From positions 3,008,001 through 3,072,000 of the forward strand of contig CBDCTK010000002.1 in the NCBI GenBank assembly GCA_965222225.1: a DNA stretch of 64,000 nt. Direction: 5' to 3'. The DNA is from Candidatus Poribacteria bacterium. Its GTDB lineage: Bacteria; Poribacteria; WGA-4E; JAJDTR01. Positions within the stretch are counted from its first letter, which is position 1. Every line of letters begins with the position of its first letter. The position numbers and the translations under genes were made by a program. Below are positions 9,765 through 20,772 of the stretch, one piece after another. Below the pieces are notes generated by a model. It was not told the DNA's origin, made no database searches, and worked only from the letters and a program-made list of their open reading frames with translations.

Positions 9765-11321
9765 GTGGTAGAAATCTCTCATAAAGAAATGCATCCCGGT
9801 AAACAGACCTTTATCGATGATTTCTTCATTGAATCAATGGTCGGCGCGCATCGCGTGCTTAACCCCGCGGAAAAGCTGACCGTCGACGAACCGTTGAACA
9901 TAATTACCCCGGGCCAACCGTGGGAGAGCGATGACGTCGAGGGCACCGTCGTGTGCGACGAAGTCAATCAGGTGTTACGGATTTACTACCACGGCGTGGA
10001 CTCGCGCGTATGCGTTCTGGAGTCGAAAGACGGAATACACTGGGAACGTCCGAACCTGGGCTTGGTCGAGTTTGACGGTTCCAAAGCCAACAACATCACG
10101 AACTGTCCATCCCATATAGGCGCCATCCTGTGCGATCCGCATGAAACCGACGAAGCGTATCGTTGGAAGCGGATTGAATTTACACCCCAAGGGGTTGGGG
10201 CCGACGGCGAGCGGGTGTGGTGCGCTTACTACTCGCACGACGGATACGATTGGAAACCCTATCCGGCGGGTACGCATAGCAATCAGACGCAGCTCTTCGC
10301 CTTCGGTTCACGGCGAGAGACCTTCGGGGGCGCAATTGATCCCGACGCGCCCTATGTGTGGTATTCGCAGCGGGGATCGAACCGACGGACCCGCGTTCTG
10401 GGCCGCCGCGACAGCCAAAATTACCTCAACTGGTCGGGGCTGCAAACGGTGATTGAGCAGGATCTGGACGACCCAATCGGTACGGAGTTCTACGGCGCCG
10501 GGTTTGACGCGTCGAACCGGACGGATGGCGGCTTGCATATCATCATGCTGAACACCTTCTTGACGGATATAACGGAACCTTACGCTATCGAGGATCCGGA
10601 GAATTACTGGGGTAAGGAGAAGGGACCCGACGTAATACCGGCGCGGATTGACGGGTTCGTGGACACACAGTTGGCGGCGAGCCGCGACACCGTGGCGTGG
10701 AAACGCTACCGCGAACCGTTTATCCCGCGCGGAAAACCCGGCGCATGGGATTGGGGAATGCTCTATGGCGGCGGGCCCATACCGCACGATGGAAAAATTC
10801 TGTTTTTCTACGACGGTTATGCCGAGACCCACAACGGTCGTTCGCCGAGACCCTATGTAAAGCGGTATTCGGAGGGAGTGCCAAAAGGAAAGGGACTTGC
10901 TTCCCTACGCCTTGACGGGTACGTCAGCGTGGAAGCGGTTTCCTACGCGCCCGGCATTTTGACCACGCACCGCTTCCGCCAAGAGTCGGGCGGTACGATC
11001 GGTGTGAATGTCGACGCTTCCGCGGGCGAGTTGCGGTACGAAGTCTTGGAGGACACGGGCGATCCTATCCCCGGCTTTACCGCTGCCGATTGCGACCCCA
11101 TTCGCACGGACACCGTAAACGGGGTGTTGTCGTGGAACGGCGTTTCCGGTTGGCCGGGCTTGAGCGAGGAGCGGCAGGGAAGGTATCCCAACTTGCAGAA
11201 GGAGGAGTTCTACATCAAGCTGCGGTTCTATATTTCTCCCGGCACCAAACTCTACTCGCTGACGCTAGACCCTCCCGAAGTCACCGTTTGGGGCGTCAAG
11301 GTGAAGGGGAGGATTGATTGA
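9765..11321 (+). CDS. Five-bladed beta-propeller glycoside-hydrolase-like protein
   Basis: S.DG..W Asp-box-like motifs, WERPNLGLVEFDGSKANN, LRLDGY followed by a C-terminal beta-sandwich. Confidence 0.7.
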   Translation: MVEISHKEMHPGKQTFIDDFFIESMVGAHRVLNPAEKLTVDEPLNIITPGQPWESDDVEGTVVCDEVNQVLRIYYHGVDSRVCVLESKDGIHWERPNLGLVEFDGSKANNITNCPSHIGAILCDPHETDEAYRWKRIEFTPQGVGADGERVWCAYYSHDGYDWKPYPAGTHSNQTQLFAFGSRRETFGGAIDPDAPYVWYSQRGSNRRTRVLGRRDSQNYLNWSGLQTVIEQDLDDPIGTEFYGAGFDASNRTDGGLHIIMLNTFLTDITEPYAIEDPENYWGKEKGPDVIPARIDGFVDTQLAASRDTVAWKRYREPFIPRGKPGAWDWGMLYGGGPIPHDGKILFFYDGYAETHNGRSPRPYVKRYSEGVPKGKGLASLRLDGYVSVEAVSYAPGILTTHRFRQESGGTIGVNVDASAGELRYEVLEDTGDPIPGFTAADCDPIRTDTVNGVLSWNGVSGWPGLSEERQGRYPNLQKEEFYIKLRFYISPGTKLYSLTLDPPEVTVWGVKVKGRID

Positions 11322-12118
11322 TCATGCAGGATCAAGCCACGTTGGTTTCCGACGAGGTGGGGGCGGAGATTGAGCCGTACCTGATACAACTGAGGCAGGA
11401 GGGGTGGTGCGTGATCGAAGGTGTCATCCCCGAATCCGAAATCGACTCCGTGCGTGAATATGTCGAGGCGTCCAGCGAGAAGGCGGTCGAAGCGTACACC
11501 AACCACACCATAAGCGTAATTGCCAACCTGCCGGCTTTCGCTCCCTACCTCGCCGATGCGCGGGTGTTGGGAATCGCCAGGACGATGTTCAATCACCCGC
11601 ATGTGCGAATCGCTCAAACCGAATTGAAGACTATCGCGCCGCACAACGGCGACGCGCTTACCCGCACTTACCATTCCGACTGGCCTCACGATATCCGAGA
11701 TTTATCGAAATCCGGGCATATCCACCAACCGTTCCCCGACATTGTGATGGCGGTTATCACGCTGTGGATGCTCTCGCCGTTTACGGAGGAGAACGGCGGC
11801 ACGTGGATTGTGCCGCGAAGCCATCGGGACACGCGAAACCCGCGGGGGAACGACGGCATCGATCAGAACAAACCGATTCCGAACGAAATGCAGGTGACGG
11901 GCAGCGCCGGCAGCGTGCTGATGACGGATAGCCGCATTTGGCATACCGCCACGTCGAATCTGAGCGAGGAGCCGCGGACGGCGGTGCTGGCGCGCTATAT
12001 ACCTTGGTGGGTCAGTGTGGAGATGGGGAAGCGTAATCGGGCGACGGTGCCGGCGGAGGTGTTTGCCACTTTCCCAGAGGATGTGAAGCCGTTGTATCGG
12101 CATCGGGTGACGGAGTAG
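11318..12118 (+). CDS. PhyH-family dioxygenase
   Basis: HSDWPH, ENGGTWIVPRSH, DSRIWH..SN...PR motifs. Confidence 0.88.
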   Translation: MIMQDQATLVSDEVGAEIEPYLIQLRQEGWCVIEGVIPESEIDSVREYVEASSEKAVEAYTNHTISVIANLPAFAPYLADARVLGIARTMFNHPHVRIAQTELKTIAPHNGDALTRTYHSDWPHDIRDLSKSGHIHQPFPDIVMAVITLWMLSPFTEENGGTWIVPRSHRDTRNPRGNDGIDQNKPIPNEMQVTGSAGSVLMTDSRIWHTATSNLSEEPRTAVLARYIPWWVSVEMGKRNRATVPAEVFATFPEDVKPLYRHRVTE

Positions 12119-12276
12119 TGGTTATTGTCTGAATGAGATCTCTATCAAGATCTTCTATCGCCTTCGTTAGCCACTCAGTTGATCGGATTTTAGGGATCTC
12201 TACGCACTCGCTATTCACTCGCTTGAGGGGATTACTATCGCACTCCTTATCCAGTCGCTTGATCCCAATCTACGGG

Positions 12277-14232
12277 TTACTGCGTAAGACCTAATTCGGA
12301 TAAGGCGCTGGGGCTGAAGCCACCGCGGATAAGCGCATCCCAACTATGGACCGGTGAGGCTTTGAGTATCTTCATGAGGTGCGCCCGCAGGTCTTGGATG
12401 AGCAGCGACGCGGCCTCACCCGGAGGCTGTAGATTGGCGAGGCGGGTCAATGCGTCGGAAGCGAACCCGACACAGACGGCGTTCTGATCGTCTTGCACGA
12501 CGGCTTTCAGCGCACGTATCGTCGGCTCGAGTGCATCACCCATAATCGCAGCGCCGTGTGAGCAGAGCATGGCGAGGGACCACAGGACGTTTTCACGGAC
12601 TGCGGAACGTACCAGCTCAAAACGCTCATAATCGGATTGTATTGGGCCGCCCTCACACACATCGCATTCCTCCGTCGGGCGTGCAAACTTGATGCCCGGA
12701 TTTTGCGCCCGGTTCATACACAGCCGATTCTCCTCGCGCTCCAAGCTCACCGCCAGCGCCTCAAGGCAAGCGGGAATCAGTGATTTGCCGATGCCCGCAG
12801 CGATGGCGCGGCGCCCCAAACACCCCAAACTTCCAGCGGCAACGGAACGGACATAGACCGACGGATCGTCCTCCAGACAGGTTACAACAGTTTTCAAAAC
12901 CTCATCGTTGAGCGGGCTGGCATCGCCCAGACCGAATACACCCGCCTTCCGAACCCATTTGAGCGGCGATGTTGCCGCCTCAAGAAGGACGCCTGTAGCG
13001 TCAGATCCAACAGCAACCAGCCCGTATGTAGCGGCTCGCCTTACGCTCTCCCGCTCGTCATACAAGGCATCGGCAAGCAGCTTTATAGCCAGCTTGTTGT
13101 CACCAATGGAAGCAAGTTTGTACGCGGCTCCGATTCGCGCGGGCTCCGCTTCGTCGTGTTTGGAGTAAAGCTGCTCGGATAATCGGGATGCCTCTTTTTC
13201 CCGATTTTCAGCCGTCAAGGCGGCGGCATCAGATCGCGGCGGAGGCGACTGACCGGTGCGCAGCCAGTGATAATGATGCTGCCAGACCAGCGTTATGTCA
13301 TCGCCGGCTTGAGCCATATCGGTGCGGGTCAGCGGATCCACGCCGAGCCGCGTCCAATCGACTTCGGGCGGCGAGTCGTTCCTACAGCTAGAGGTAGGCT
13401 CGGTGGTGCGGTACAGCCAGAAGCGCCACATGAAGCGCGGTTTATCGTTCCACGCACGCCAATCGTCGCGCCTGTGATTCGCTCGATGAAAGATGTTGTG
13501 AGAACACAGAATGACGGTGCCGGCGCGAAGCGGAGCCACTTCGAACTGCCGTACAAGGGGCCAATTTAGGTCGGCAAGCGCTTGTTTTATCCGGATGTCG
13601 TGCGCCGTGCGGCGGTGGATGATGTCGTCTTCGTCGTACAGGGAGTCGGGGCCACTGACAGGTTGCTTTCCCATGTTTTCGATTATGTAGTTAAAATCGA
13701 GATGGTCCGACCCCGCGAAATTGTCCTGATTCTCTTCGTGATTGAGCGTCCAGTAGTGTGAATAGGGGGCGATTGCCGTTGGTCCCATGTCTTCAGTAAC
13801 CGACTGCGGGTAGTACAGTATCTCAATTTGCACGGCGTGGTGGTGGCGCTGTTTTCTGCCGTTCGCGGGGCTGTTGTCGTCCTTGTGCCAAATCTGATCC
13901 CTGCCGTTACTGGCTATGGACACGGCGGTAAACGGAACGATCGCCCAGTTCTCGCCGACGAGTTGGTTGCACGCGCCGACGACGCCGGGTGCGTTGATTA
14001 CCTTCAATACTTCGGGAACTTGGGAAAGCGCGGCTCGATTCGGGGGTTCGGTTACCCGTTTTTGGCGCTCATAGATTCGGTCGTGGATGTGGAGCGGAAT
14101 CCCGAGGCCTTCCGGCGCGAGGACAACCAGCCCTCTGCTGGCGAAGTCTTGAATCAGTCGATCGGGAGTGGTGTATGCCAGTGGATTTGAGTCAGGGGGA
14201 TAAGATGAATCGGCTGTTTTATCGTTGCTCAA
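12277..14232 (-). CDS. PhyH-family dioxygenase fused to HEAT repeats
   Basis: WHKD, MGPTAIAPYSH, FHRA in the N-half; repeated VRRAA/VRKAG/VRSVAA helices in the C-half. Confidence 0.8.
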   Translation of the reverse strand: MSNDKTADSSYPPDSNPLAYTTPDRLIQDFASRGLVVLAPEGLGIPLHIHDRIYERQKRVTEPPNRAALSQVPEVLKVINAPGVVGACNQLVGENWAIVPFTAVSIASNGRDQIWHKDDNSPANGRKQRHHHAVQIEILYYPQSVTEDMGPTAIAPYSHYWTLNHEENQDNFAGSDHLDFNYIIENMGKQPVSGPDSLYDEDDIIHRRTAHDIRIKQALADLNWPLVRQFEVAPLRAGTVILCSHNIFHRANHRRDDWRAWNDKPRFMWRFWLYRTTEPTSSCRNDSPPEVDWTRLGVDPLTRTDMAQAGDDITLVWQHHYHWLRTGQSPPPRSDAAALTAENREKEASRLSEQLYSKHDEAEPARIGAAYKLASIGDNKLAIKLLADALYDERESVRRAATYGLVAVGSDATGVLLEAATSPLKWVRKAGVFGLGDASPLNDEVLKTVVTCLEDDPSVYVRSVAAGSLGCLGRRAIAAGIGKSLIPACLEALAVSLEREENRLCMNRAQNPGIKFARPTEECDVCEGGPIQSDYERFELVRSAVRENVLWSLAMLCSHGAAIMGDALEPTIRALKAVVQDDQNAVCVGFASDALTRLANLQPPGEAASLLIQDLRAHLMKILKASPVHSWDALIRGGFSPSALSELGLTQ

Positions 14233-15437
14233 TGGGTTTGTCCTTCGTTTTTGTGCGGGTTACGGCATAAGGAGTATGCCTACTACATTCAGTCGGTTGA
14301 GGGATTTACTATCGCACTCGCTATCCGCTCGCTCGATCCTTTTTGTTTCATGTGCCAAGCAACGGCGAAGATACCGCTAGGCTTGCCGATTTTACCACTG
14401 TTTTCGGTTCCTTGATATCTGATGTACATTTTTGTTTTGAAGCCCAGCCCCACAGATTGAGAAGAAGTGGTTCCGGAGCAAGCCGAGTCTTCCTTACGCC
14501 GAGGGTTCAGTTTGGTTGTTTCTTTTGGTAGACAGTATAGCACGCTCGGGCACAAGGAGCAAGAACGGGAGGAAGCAGTGGTCAGTGACCAGTGACTGGC
14601 GATCAGTGAAGAAGGTGGGCTGATGGGAATGGAGGAAGGATAGAAGGGCGGAAGAGTGGAAGGATGGAAGAAAATCAGTGGTCAGTGGCGAGAGGGGAAG
14701 TGCGGGTAACTGTCTGAATGGGATCTCTATCGGGATTTGCTATCGCGCTCATTATTCATTCGCTTGATCGGATTAAGGGATTTCTATCGCACTATAGTCA
14801 TTTGCATTTATATTTACACCTACTGCGGTATACAGGCAAGTGAACGACTAGTCGGACGCGAGATGAAAAGAACGGAAATGTTCGATTTACGACTGAAGAT
14901 TGTTACAACAAACCCACTGTAGGAGATCAAGCGAACGAATAGTGAGTGCGATAGAGATCTTCTCGAGGTCGCGACTTCTTATCGCGAGCAGAGCTCGCTC
15001 CTACAGGAGACGCACAATAAAGGGATTTCTATCGCACTCGTTATCCACTCGTTTGAGGGATTTCTATCGCGTTCGCTATTCACTCACTTGATCGCTCATT
15101 ATTCAGTCGCTTGATCGGTCGCATGGTAGTTCAATCCAATCTACGTATCATCAGCCAGTGTTTGCGATTCGAGGTGCTTTGTGATACAATTTCGCATTGC
15201 GGAAAGCGGGTAGTCGGGAGTTGGAGAGGATTCCTATGGGAGCTCTACCCAAACATTATCCATTCGCTTGATTGTCATCGCACCGTACAGACTCCTACAA
15301 CACTCAACTATTGGCGTTTGGAAGGGAGAAACCGAGTTTTGAGGAAAAAACTCGGTTTCGTCGAGATCGGGAAAGCGAAATTAGTCCCGAATCTGTCCAC
15401 AAGAAAACACTTCCGCGGTTCACAATACCATGTTTTT

Positions 15438-18400
15438 ATGAAATACGTCTTAACTCACCGTCCACCATTGATTGCTCGTCTTCTCCTATGGGCGCTCCTT
15501 CTCGTCCAGCTCCCGTGGATCGCGAGCGCGTCCGATCCGGCTGGGGAGTTCGATCCACAAACTAAAATCACCGAAATCAAGTTCTTCATTGACGGAAAAC
15601 TGCTTGAAGAATCGCCGCGCTTGAAACAGTTGCGGCAAATTTGCGAGATTTCAGCCGGCGAGCCGTTTTCTGCTTACGCCGTTAGCCGAAGCATCAAAGC
15701 AATCTACGCCACGGGCGAGTTTTCCCAAGTTGAAGTCATCAGGCAAAAGGTTTCCGGCGGGGTTGTCTTGAAATTCCAGCTAACCGAAAAGATCCTTATC
15801 AAGCGTATTAAGTTCACGGGAATCCGCTTGGCGGACGAGATGATTCGCAAGGTCATGAAATCTCGCGAGGGCGGCGAATACGTCAAGGAGGTAGCGCAGG
15901 GCGATAGACAACGTATACAAGACCTCTACCAAGACCAAGGGTATTTTCGAGCTCAGGTGCGCTTTTCCGCGCCTACACCTTCACAGATTAAGGGGTCGGT
16001 CACGTTGACTTATGTCGTGAAAGAGGGGAATCAGTCGATAATTCGAGAAATAGAGTTCAGCGGAAATTTCTCGCTGCCTGCCAAGCAGCTAAAACGAGCG
16101 CTAAAAAGCAAGGTGGGGGAACCGTACGACAAAGGGCAAGTGGAACGCGACAGCCAGAGCTTGATGGCACTCTATCGGCGCGAAGGATTTTTGAGCGTCC
16201 GCATTCGCCCGGAGCCGCGCACGGAAGCTGTTGAGCTATTCCTCACCTTCAACATCGTCGAAGGGAAGAAGGTCACCGTAAAGGGTATCAACGACGACGA
16301 ACTGCTTAAACGGATGGGTTTGTTCAAGCAGGATAGTTACTCTCATGCGATTCTTGAAGGCAACAAAGCACAGATCCGGCAGTTCTATCGTCAGAAGGGA
16401 TACTATGCCCCCAACGTCGCCTATCGGATTGAAAAGGACACGGAGCACGAGGTGGTTATCCAGTTCGATATTGATTTGGGTTTGGCGCCGCGGATTGGTC
16501 AAATCACTTTCGAAGGGAACAACGAATTTCAGAGCGCGGCTCTACTCGAAACGATGAAGACTCAGCCTCGCAGCCGGTGGACACTCCCCGGACTGAGATT
16601 GTTCTTTTCCAAAGGCATCTTCGATTCGCTCGTGTTCGAGACAGATATCCGCGCGTTGGAACTGCTGTATCGAAAGGCGGGGTATCCCGACGTGCAGGTG
16701 GATGTCCGGGAAGAGATTGACGCGGAGAACCAGCGCCTCAACCTGCATATCGTCGTCAACGAAGGGAAACAGCAGGTCATTCGGCAGGTTACAGTGGCAG
16801 GGAACCGAATATTCAAAACAGAGGAGTTACTGTCCCAGCTCGATGCCGCACCGGGCAAGCCCTACAGCAAGAAGGGCATCGTTGTCGACGACCACTATAA
16901 GCTGCTGTCGCTCTACGATCAGGAGGGTTACATCTATGCCAGTGTAAAACCGGAATATAACGCGCATCTGTTCCGAACCAACTTACAGCGCCCAGACGAC
17001 TGGGAGAATCTTGAGAATCGATTGCCGAGACAAGTATCCATCCGTGCACCGGAGGGTTTCCGCAAGTTGCTTGAAGGGGAATCGATTGGGGATCGGGAAG
17101 CCGCCAAGCATCCCCTACGCTTGTCTCCGAATGTGTTCATTGAAAAACAGGAGCGCGGCTGGCTGATGACCGATCAAGACGCCGAACGCAGCTATATCGT
17201 CGAAAGGGATGGGGACACGCTTAATGTCTACGAGATTGGTCTGCTAAGATACAATATTACCGAAGGAGAGCGGGTTTCATTCGGGGAGTTTAGTTTTTCC
17301 GGAGGCCCGGATACGGGATTCCTCGGCGACAATCGGTCCCTATCTTCCGGAGGAGAAATCGGTGATTTGGCAGTCTCCGATCCTTCGAGGGACACCACGC
17401 TCGGGATTCGGGAGCATGTGTTACGGCGGGAATTCGAAAGTCTAGGTTTGCGTGAAGGCGCCGTGTTTAACCCTGATAAGCTCCGCGAAGTGCAACAACG
17501 TCTAGCCAGGCTGGGTATTTTCAGGCACGTTGCGATAGACACCCCGGAGAGGTTTGACGGTAAAGAGGTGCTTGACGTCAATGTGCGTGCCGAGTTGAGA
17601 CAGCCAGGTTCCATCAGCGTTCGGGGCGGCTACAGCCCATCGGAAGGCATTCGGGGCACTCTCGCGGTGCTACATAGCAATTTGTACCAACGGAACATGA
17701 GGGCGGGAGCGAAGCTGAGCGCGGGTACACGAGGCAACCTATATGAACTTACCCTCATCGAGCCTTGGCTCATCGGTCCCGCGATGGGAACGCTGCGGAT
17801 ATTCGAGGATAACTTGGAGGAACAGGACAATACACGGGCGCGGGGCGCCACCGCGAATTTGGCGAGGCGGCTAAGTCTTTACAGCAACGTCGCAGTGCAG
17901 TACAAATACCAGGAGTTGCGGCAGCGAATCGAGCCTATGCAGGAGCCGGAATCTTCAAAGCCGGTTTTACCCATGGAGAGGCATACGACCGTTAGCAGCT
18001 TGGGGTTGTCACTTCACCGTGACAACCGGGAACCGTTTCTAAATCCGAGTAACGGCTGGTTGAACGAATTTGCCGTGGAATACGCGGGCGGGTTTATCGG
18101 CGGGGAAACGAGCTTCTTCAAACTTACGGGAGACAATCGATACTATTCGCGGCTTGGGGACCTGGTGCTTGTCAATGCGCTGCGGCTTGGTTATGCGAGA
18201 GGATTACGCTCGAACCGCGAGCGCGAGATTGTCTCCTTCGAGCGATTCCGGGCGGGCGGGTCAACGACGGTTAGAGGGTACAGAGACCGCTCCTTGGGTC
18301 CTCTCGATGACGAATTGTCGAACACCCATCGAGGCGATGTGCTTTTCATTTATAACATCGAGTTGCGGTTTCCTCTATACAATCTCGTCGGAGGAGCGCT

Positions 18401-18584
18401 GTTCTTCGACACCGGGAATGTGTGGGATAACTTCGGCGCAATCGATACTGATCCGTTGCATTCCGCAATCGGAGTGGGGGTGCGGGTCGATACGCCGTTG
18501 GGGCCGCTGCGTTTTGATTACGGCGTTCCCCTTGTCAGTGGCGAATCGCCGCAGATTAATTTCGGGTTGGGGCAGGCGTTTTGA
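15438..18584 (+). CDS. bamA: BamA/Omp85 outer membrane protein assembly factor with extended POTRA region
   Basis: Multiple POTRA units (Y...GY..V...EG), AGGSTTVRGY, TPLGPLRFDYG, terminal GQAF; the ORF-track extension to 15111 runs through repeats. Confidence 0.85.
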   Translation: MKYVLTHRPPLIARLLLWALLLVQLPWIASASDPAGEFDPQTKITEIKFFIDGKLLEESPRLKQLRQICEISAGEPFSAYAVSRSIKAIYATGEFSQVEVIRQKVSGGVVLKFQLTEKILIKRIKFTGIRLADEMIRKVMKSREGGEYVKEVAQGDRQRIQDLYQDQGYFRAQVRFSAPTPSQIKGSVTLTYVVKEGNQSIIREIEFSGNFSLPAKQLKRALKSKVGEPYDKGQVERDSQSLMALYRREGFLSVRIRPEPRTEAVELFLTFNIVEGKKVTVKGINDDELLKRMGLFKQDSYSHAILEGNKAQIRQFYRQKGYYAPNVAYRIEKDTEHEVVIQFDIDLGLAPRIGQITFEGNNEFQSAALLETMKTQPRSRWTLPGLRLFFSKGIFDSLVFETDIRALELLYRKAGYPDVQVDVREEIDAENQRLNLHIVVNEGKQQVIRQVTVAGNRIFKTEELLSQLDAAPGKPYSKKGIVVDDHYKLLSLYDQEGYIYASVKPEYNAHLFRTNLQRPDDWENLENRLPRQVSIRAPEGFRKLLEGESIGDREAAKHPLRLSPNVFIEKQERGWLMTDQDAERSYIVERDGDTLNVYEIGLLRYNITEGERVSFGEFSFSGGPDTGFLGDNRSLSSGGEIGDLAVSDPSRDTTLGIREHVLRREFESLGLREGAVFNPDKLREVQQRLARLGIFRHVAIDTPERFDGKEVLDVNVRAELRQPGSISVRGGYSPSEGIRGTLAVLHSNLYQRNMRAGAKLSAGTRGNLYELTLIEPWLIGPAMGTLRIFEDNLEEQDNTRARGATANLARRLSLYSNVAVQYKYQELRQRIEPMQEPESSKPVLPMERHTTVSSLGLSLHRDNREPFLNPSNGWLNEFAVEYAGGFIGGETSFFKLTGDNRYYSRLGDLVLVNALRLGYARGLRSNREREIVSFERFRAGGSTTVRGYRDRSLGPLDDELSNTHRGDVLFIYNIELRFPLYNLVGGALFFDTGNVWDNFGAIDTDPLHSAIGVGVRVDTPLGPLRFDYGVPLVSGESPQINFGLGQAF

Positions 18585-18716
18585 GGCTGTTTATGCCTAA
18601 GCGGGTATTGCTGAAAATGGGATTGGTTGAGGCAGATTTGAGACCTGTAGCGGAATTCCTGGGCTTGAATTGCCAGATACGGGGCGGAGCGCTGCGGCGA
18701 GTAAACCATTCTGCGG

Positions 18717-19898
18717 ATGGAATCCAAGGAAGGAGAAAACTCGGTGACCGATGTTATTGAAGATTTGAAGCAGGCGTTTACCATTGAGATGTCCGTGCCC
18801 TTTGTCGATGGATTCTCGATCGATTTGATTCAAGTAGCGATTTTCATCGTAATCTTCGGTGGGTTCTTAGTTCTGGGAGGATTGCTGCAGCGCCAATTAC
18901 GTCGACTTTTGATGTACTTACAGGTGAGGGAAGTTCGGCAGGAACGGGTGCTTTGGGTCGTATATATTTTCGTGGGTTTGGTAGGCTTCATCGCTGCCCT
19001 CAATGCGTTCGGTGCGCCACGAGATTTAATGAGAAGGTTGCTTAGTTATTCGATTCCTATTGGTCAAACCCGCTTGAGTGTAACCGATATTGCGCTGGCT
19101 ATCACCGTCGTAGGGGCTTCGGCTCTCTTTGCAAGGTATTTGAAGGTGGTGCTGCGTGACAAGGTGTTACCGGCATTCCAACTTCCGGTAAACGCAGAGT
19201 TTCTCTTTCTCCGGTTTACACAACTCATTGTGATCGCGTTCGGAGTTCTCGTCGCGGTTAATCTGATAGGATTCAACATGAGCAGCGTGCTAGTCGCGCT
19301 CGGCGGACTTTCAATCGGAATAGGCTTTGGCTTGCAGAACATTGCGTCGAATTTCGTTTCGGGAGTCATTCTGGTATTTGAACGCCCGATAAAGATTGGC
19401 GATAGGGTTACGGTTGAGGGCACCTACGGTGTCGTCAAAGCTATTAACATGCGATCGACCGTGGTAGCCACGCCTGAAGATATCGACATCATCATCCCCA
19501 ATTCCAAGTTTATCTCTGAAACTGTTACCAATATAACCCACGATAATACACGTACGCGAATAAAGGTTCCCGTTGGAGTATCGTACGAATCTGATGATGA
19601 CTTGGTAAAAATGTTATTGGTAGAGGTTGCCAATTCTCATCCGGAGACAATTAAGGAGATAAATCCTGATTTACCGGACGTTGTGCCGCCATTCGTACGT
19701 TTTATACGGTTTGGCGATTCATCGCTGGATTTTGAACTACTGGCGTGGATTCCCAATGTGATGCGCCGCCTTGAGATTATAAGTGACCTGCATTTTATGA
19801 TCCGCAAGAAGTTCAGGGAACACGGGATTGTGATTGCGTTTCCACAACGGGACGTTCATCTCTATCCCGCCACGGAAGTGCAGCCGAAGGAGAGCTGA
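18717..19898 (+). CDS. MscS-family mechanosensitive channel
   Basis: IGIGFGLQNIASNFVSG, ERPIKIGD, IPNS, FGDSSLDFEL, IAFPQRDVH. Confidence 0.92.
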   Translation: MESKEGENSVTDVIEDLKQAFTIEMSVPFVDGFSIDLIQVAIFIVIFGGFLVLGGLLQRQLRRLLMYLQVREVRQERVLWVVYIFVGLVGFIAALNAFGAPRDLMRRLLSYSIPIGQTRLSVTDIALAITVVGASALFARYLKVVLRDKVLPAFQLPVNAEFLFLRFTQLIVIAFGVLVAVNLIGFNMSSVLVALGGLSIGIGFGLQNIASNFVSGVILVFERPIKIGDRVTVEGTYGVVKAINMRSTVVATPEDIDIIIPNSKFISETVTNITHDNTRTRIKVPVGVSYESDDDLVKMLLVEVANSHPETIKEINPDLPDVVPPFVRFIRFGDSSLDFELLAWIPNVMRRLEIISDLHFMIRKKFREHGIVIAFPQRDVHLYPATEVQPKES

Positions 19899-20237
19899 AA
19901 CCTGTGGGGTTGTATGGCATCGCGGAAGCATTTCCGGGCATTATTGAATTATGGCAAACGGAAAGCGAGTAATCAAAACGTCGTACACACGCCAAGGTAA
20001 AGACTGCGCCTGAACGATGCCAAAATGGCACGTTTGTGTAAAATTCGCCTGCCAAGTTTCAGCTTGTCATGTTTTCGAGTGAATTGAGAGGAGGGAAGAA
20101 GGATGTTGAATACCGCCAATGCTTCGGTCAGGACTAGCCATATTCCAAAGTTTAATGGCGTATTGACGGTACATGCCAGATCTCCTGAAGGACGTGTGGT
20201 ATTGGAAAATGGCGTGTAGTGGTTATCGTTACCGTTT

Positions 20238-20253
20238 TGGCATATGATTTGCT
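20238..20253 (+). promoter_or_regulatory. sigma-54 promoter for hsp20
   Basis: TGGCATATGATTTGCT (GG-N10-GC), ~65 bp before the AGGAGG RBS and ATG. Confidence 0.75.
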
Positions 20254-20319
20254 AATACAGGGACAGTTGTAAAATTACACCAAAAAATCTGCCACTTACA
20301 TCTTAAGGAGGAAAACAAA

Positions 20320-20772
20320 ATGATTAGCTTAACCACATGGAACCCTTTACAGGACATCTTTTCTACCCGCAGGCAACCGGATCGAATCTTCAATAACTTC
20401 TTTGGCAATCAGAGTTATGCGCGTTCGGCGACGGACACTACCTGGTCGCCGCCGGTTGATGTCGTGGATGCCGATGATCACGTTGAATTCCATGCCGAAA
20501 TGCCTGGATTGTCAGACGACGACGTAAAGGTGTCAGTCACTGAAAATGTATTGACCATAAAGGGCGAGAAGAAAACCGAGTCTGAAGACAAAAATGCCGG
20601 GTATCGCCTTTCCGAGCGAAGCTATGGTCGGTTCCAGCGCTCGTTTACGCTTCCCAGAAACCTCGTCACCGAGAAAATTGATGCCAAGTTCAAGAACGGC
20701 GTACTTTCAATCTCAGTGCCGAAGGTGAAGAAGGAAGCCGCGAAGGAGATTCCGATCAAAGCCGAGAAATAA
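20320..20772 (+). CDS. Hsp20/alpha-crystallin small heat shock protein
   Basis: WSPPVDV, EMPGL, ERSYGRFQRSFTLP, FKNGVLSISVPK, IPI tail. Confidence 0.95.
   Translation: MISLTTWNPLQDIFSTRRQPDRIFNNFFGNQSYARSATDTTWSPPVDVVDADDHVEFHAEMPGLSDDDVKVSVTENVLTIKGEKKTESEDKNAGYRLSERSYGRFQRSFTLPRNLVTEKIDAKFKNGVLSISVPKVKKEAAKEIPIKAEK

Noticed and set aside
14340-14430. Gene-start-like fragment MYIRYQGTENSGKIGKPSGIFAVAW
   Set aside because: Truncated by a repeat after ~30 codons; family cannot be assigned.
14720-15120. Clusters of 37-39 bp repeats as a CRISPR array
   Set aside because: Copies are degenerate, nested, irregularly spaced, without unique spacers of constant length; no cas genes nearby.
15111-15437. 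N-terminal 109 aa of the ORF-track BamA call
   Set aside because: Reads through intergenic repeats; a signal peptide follows ATG 15438.
20025-20042. TGGCACG as a further sigma-54 promoter
   Set aside because: Lacks the GC at the -12 position.
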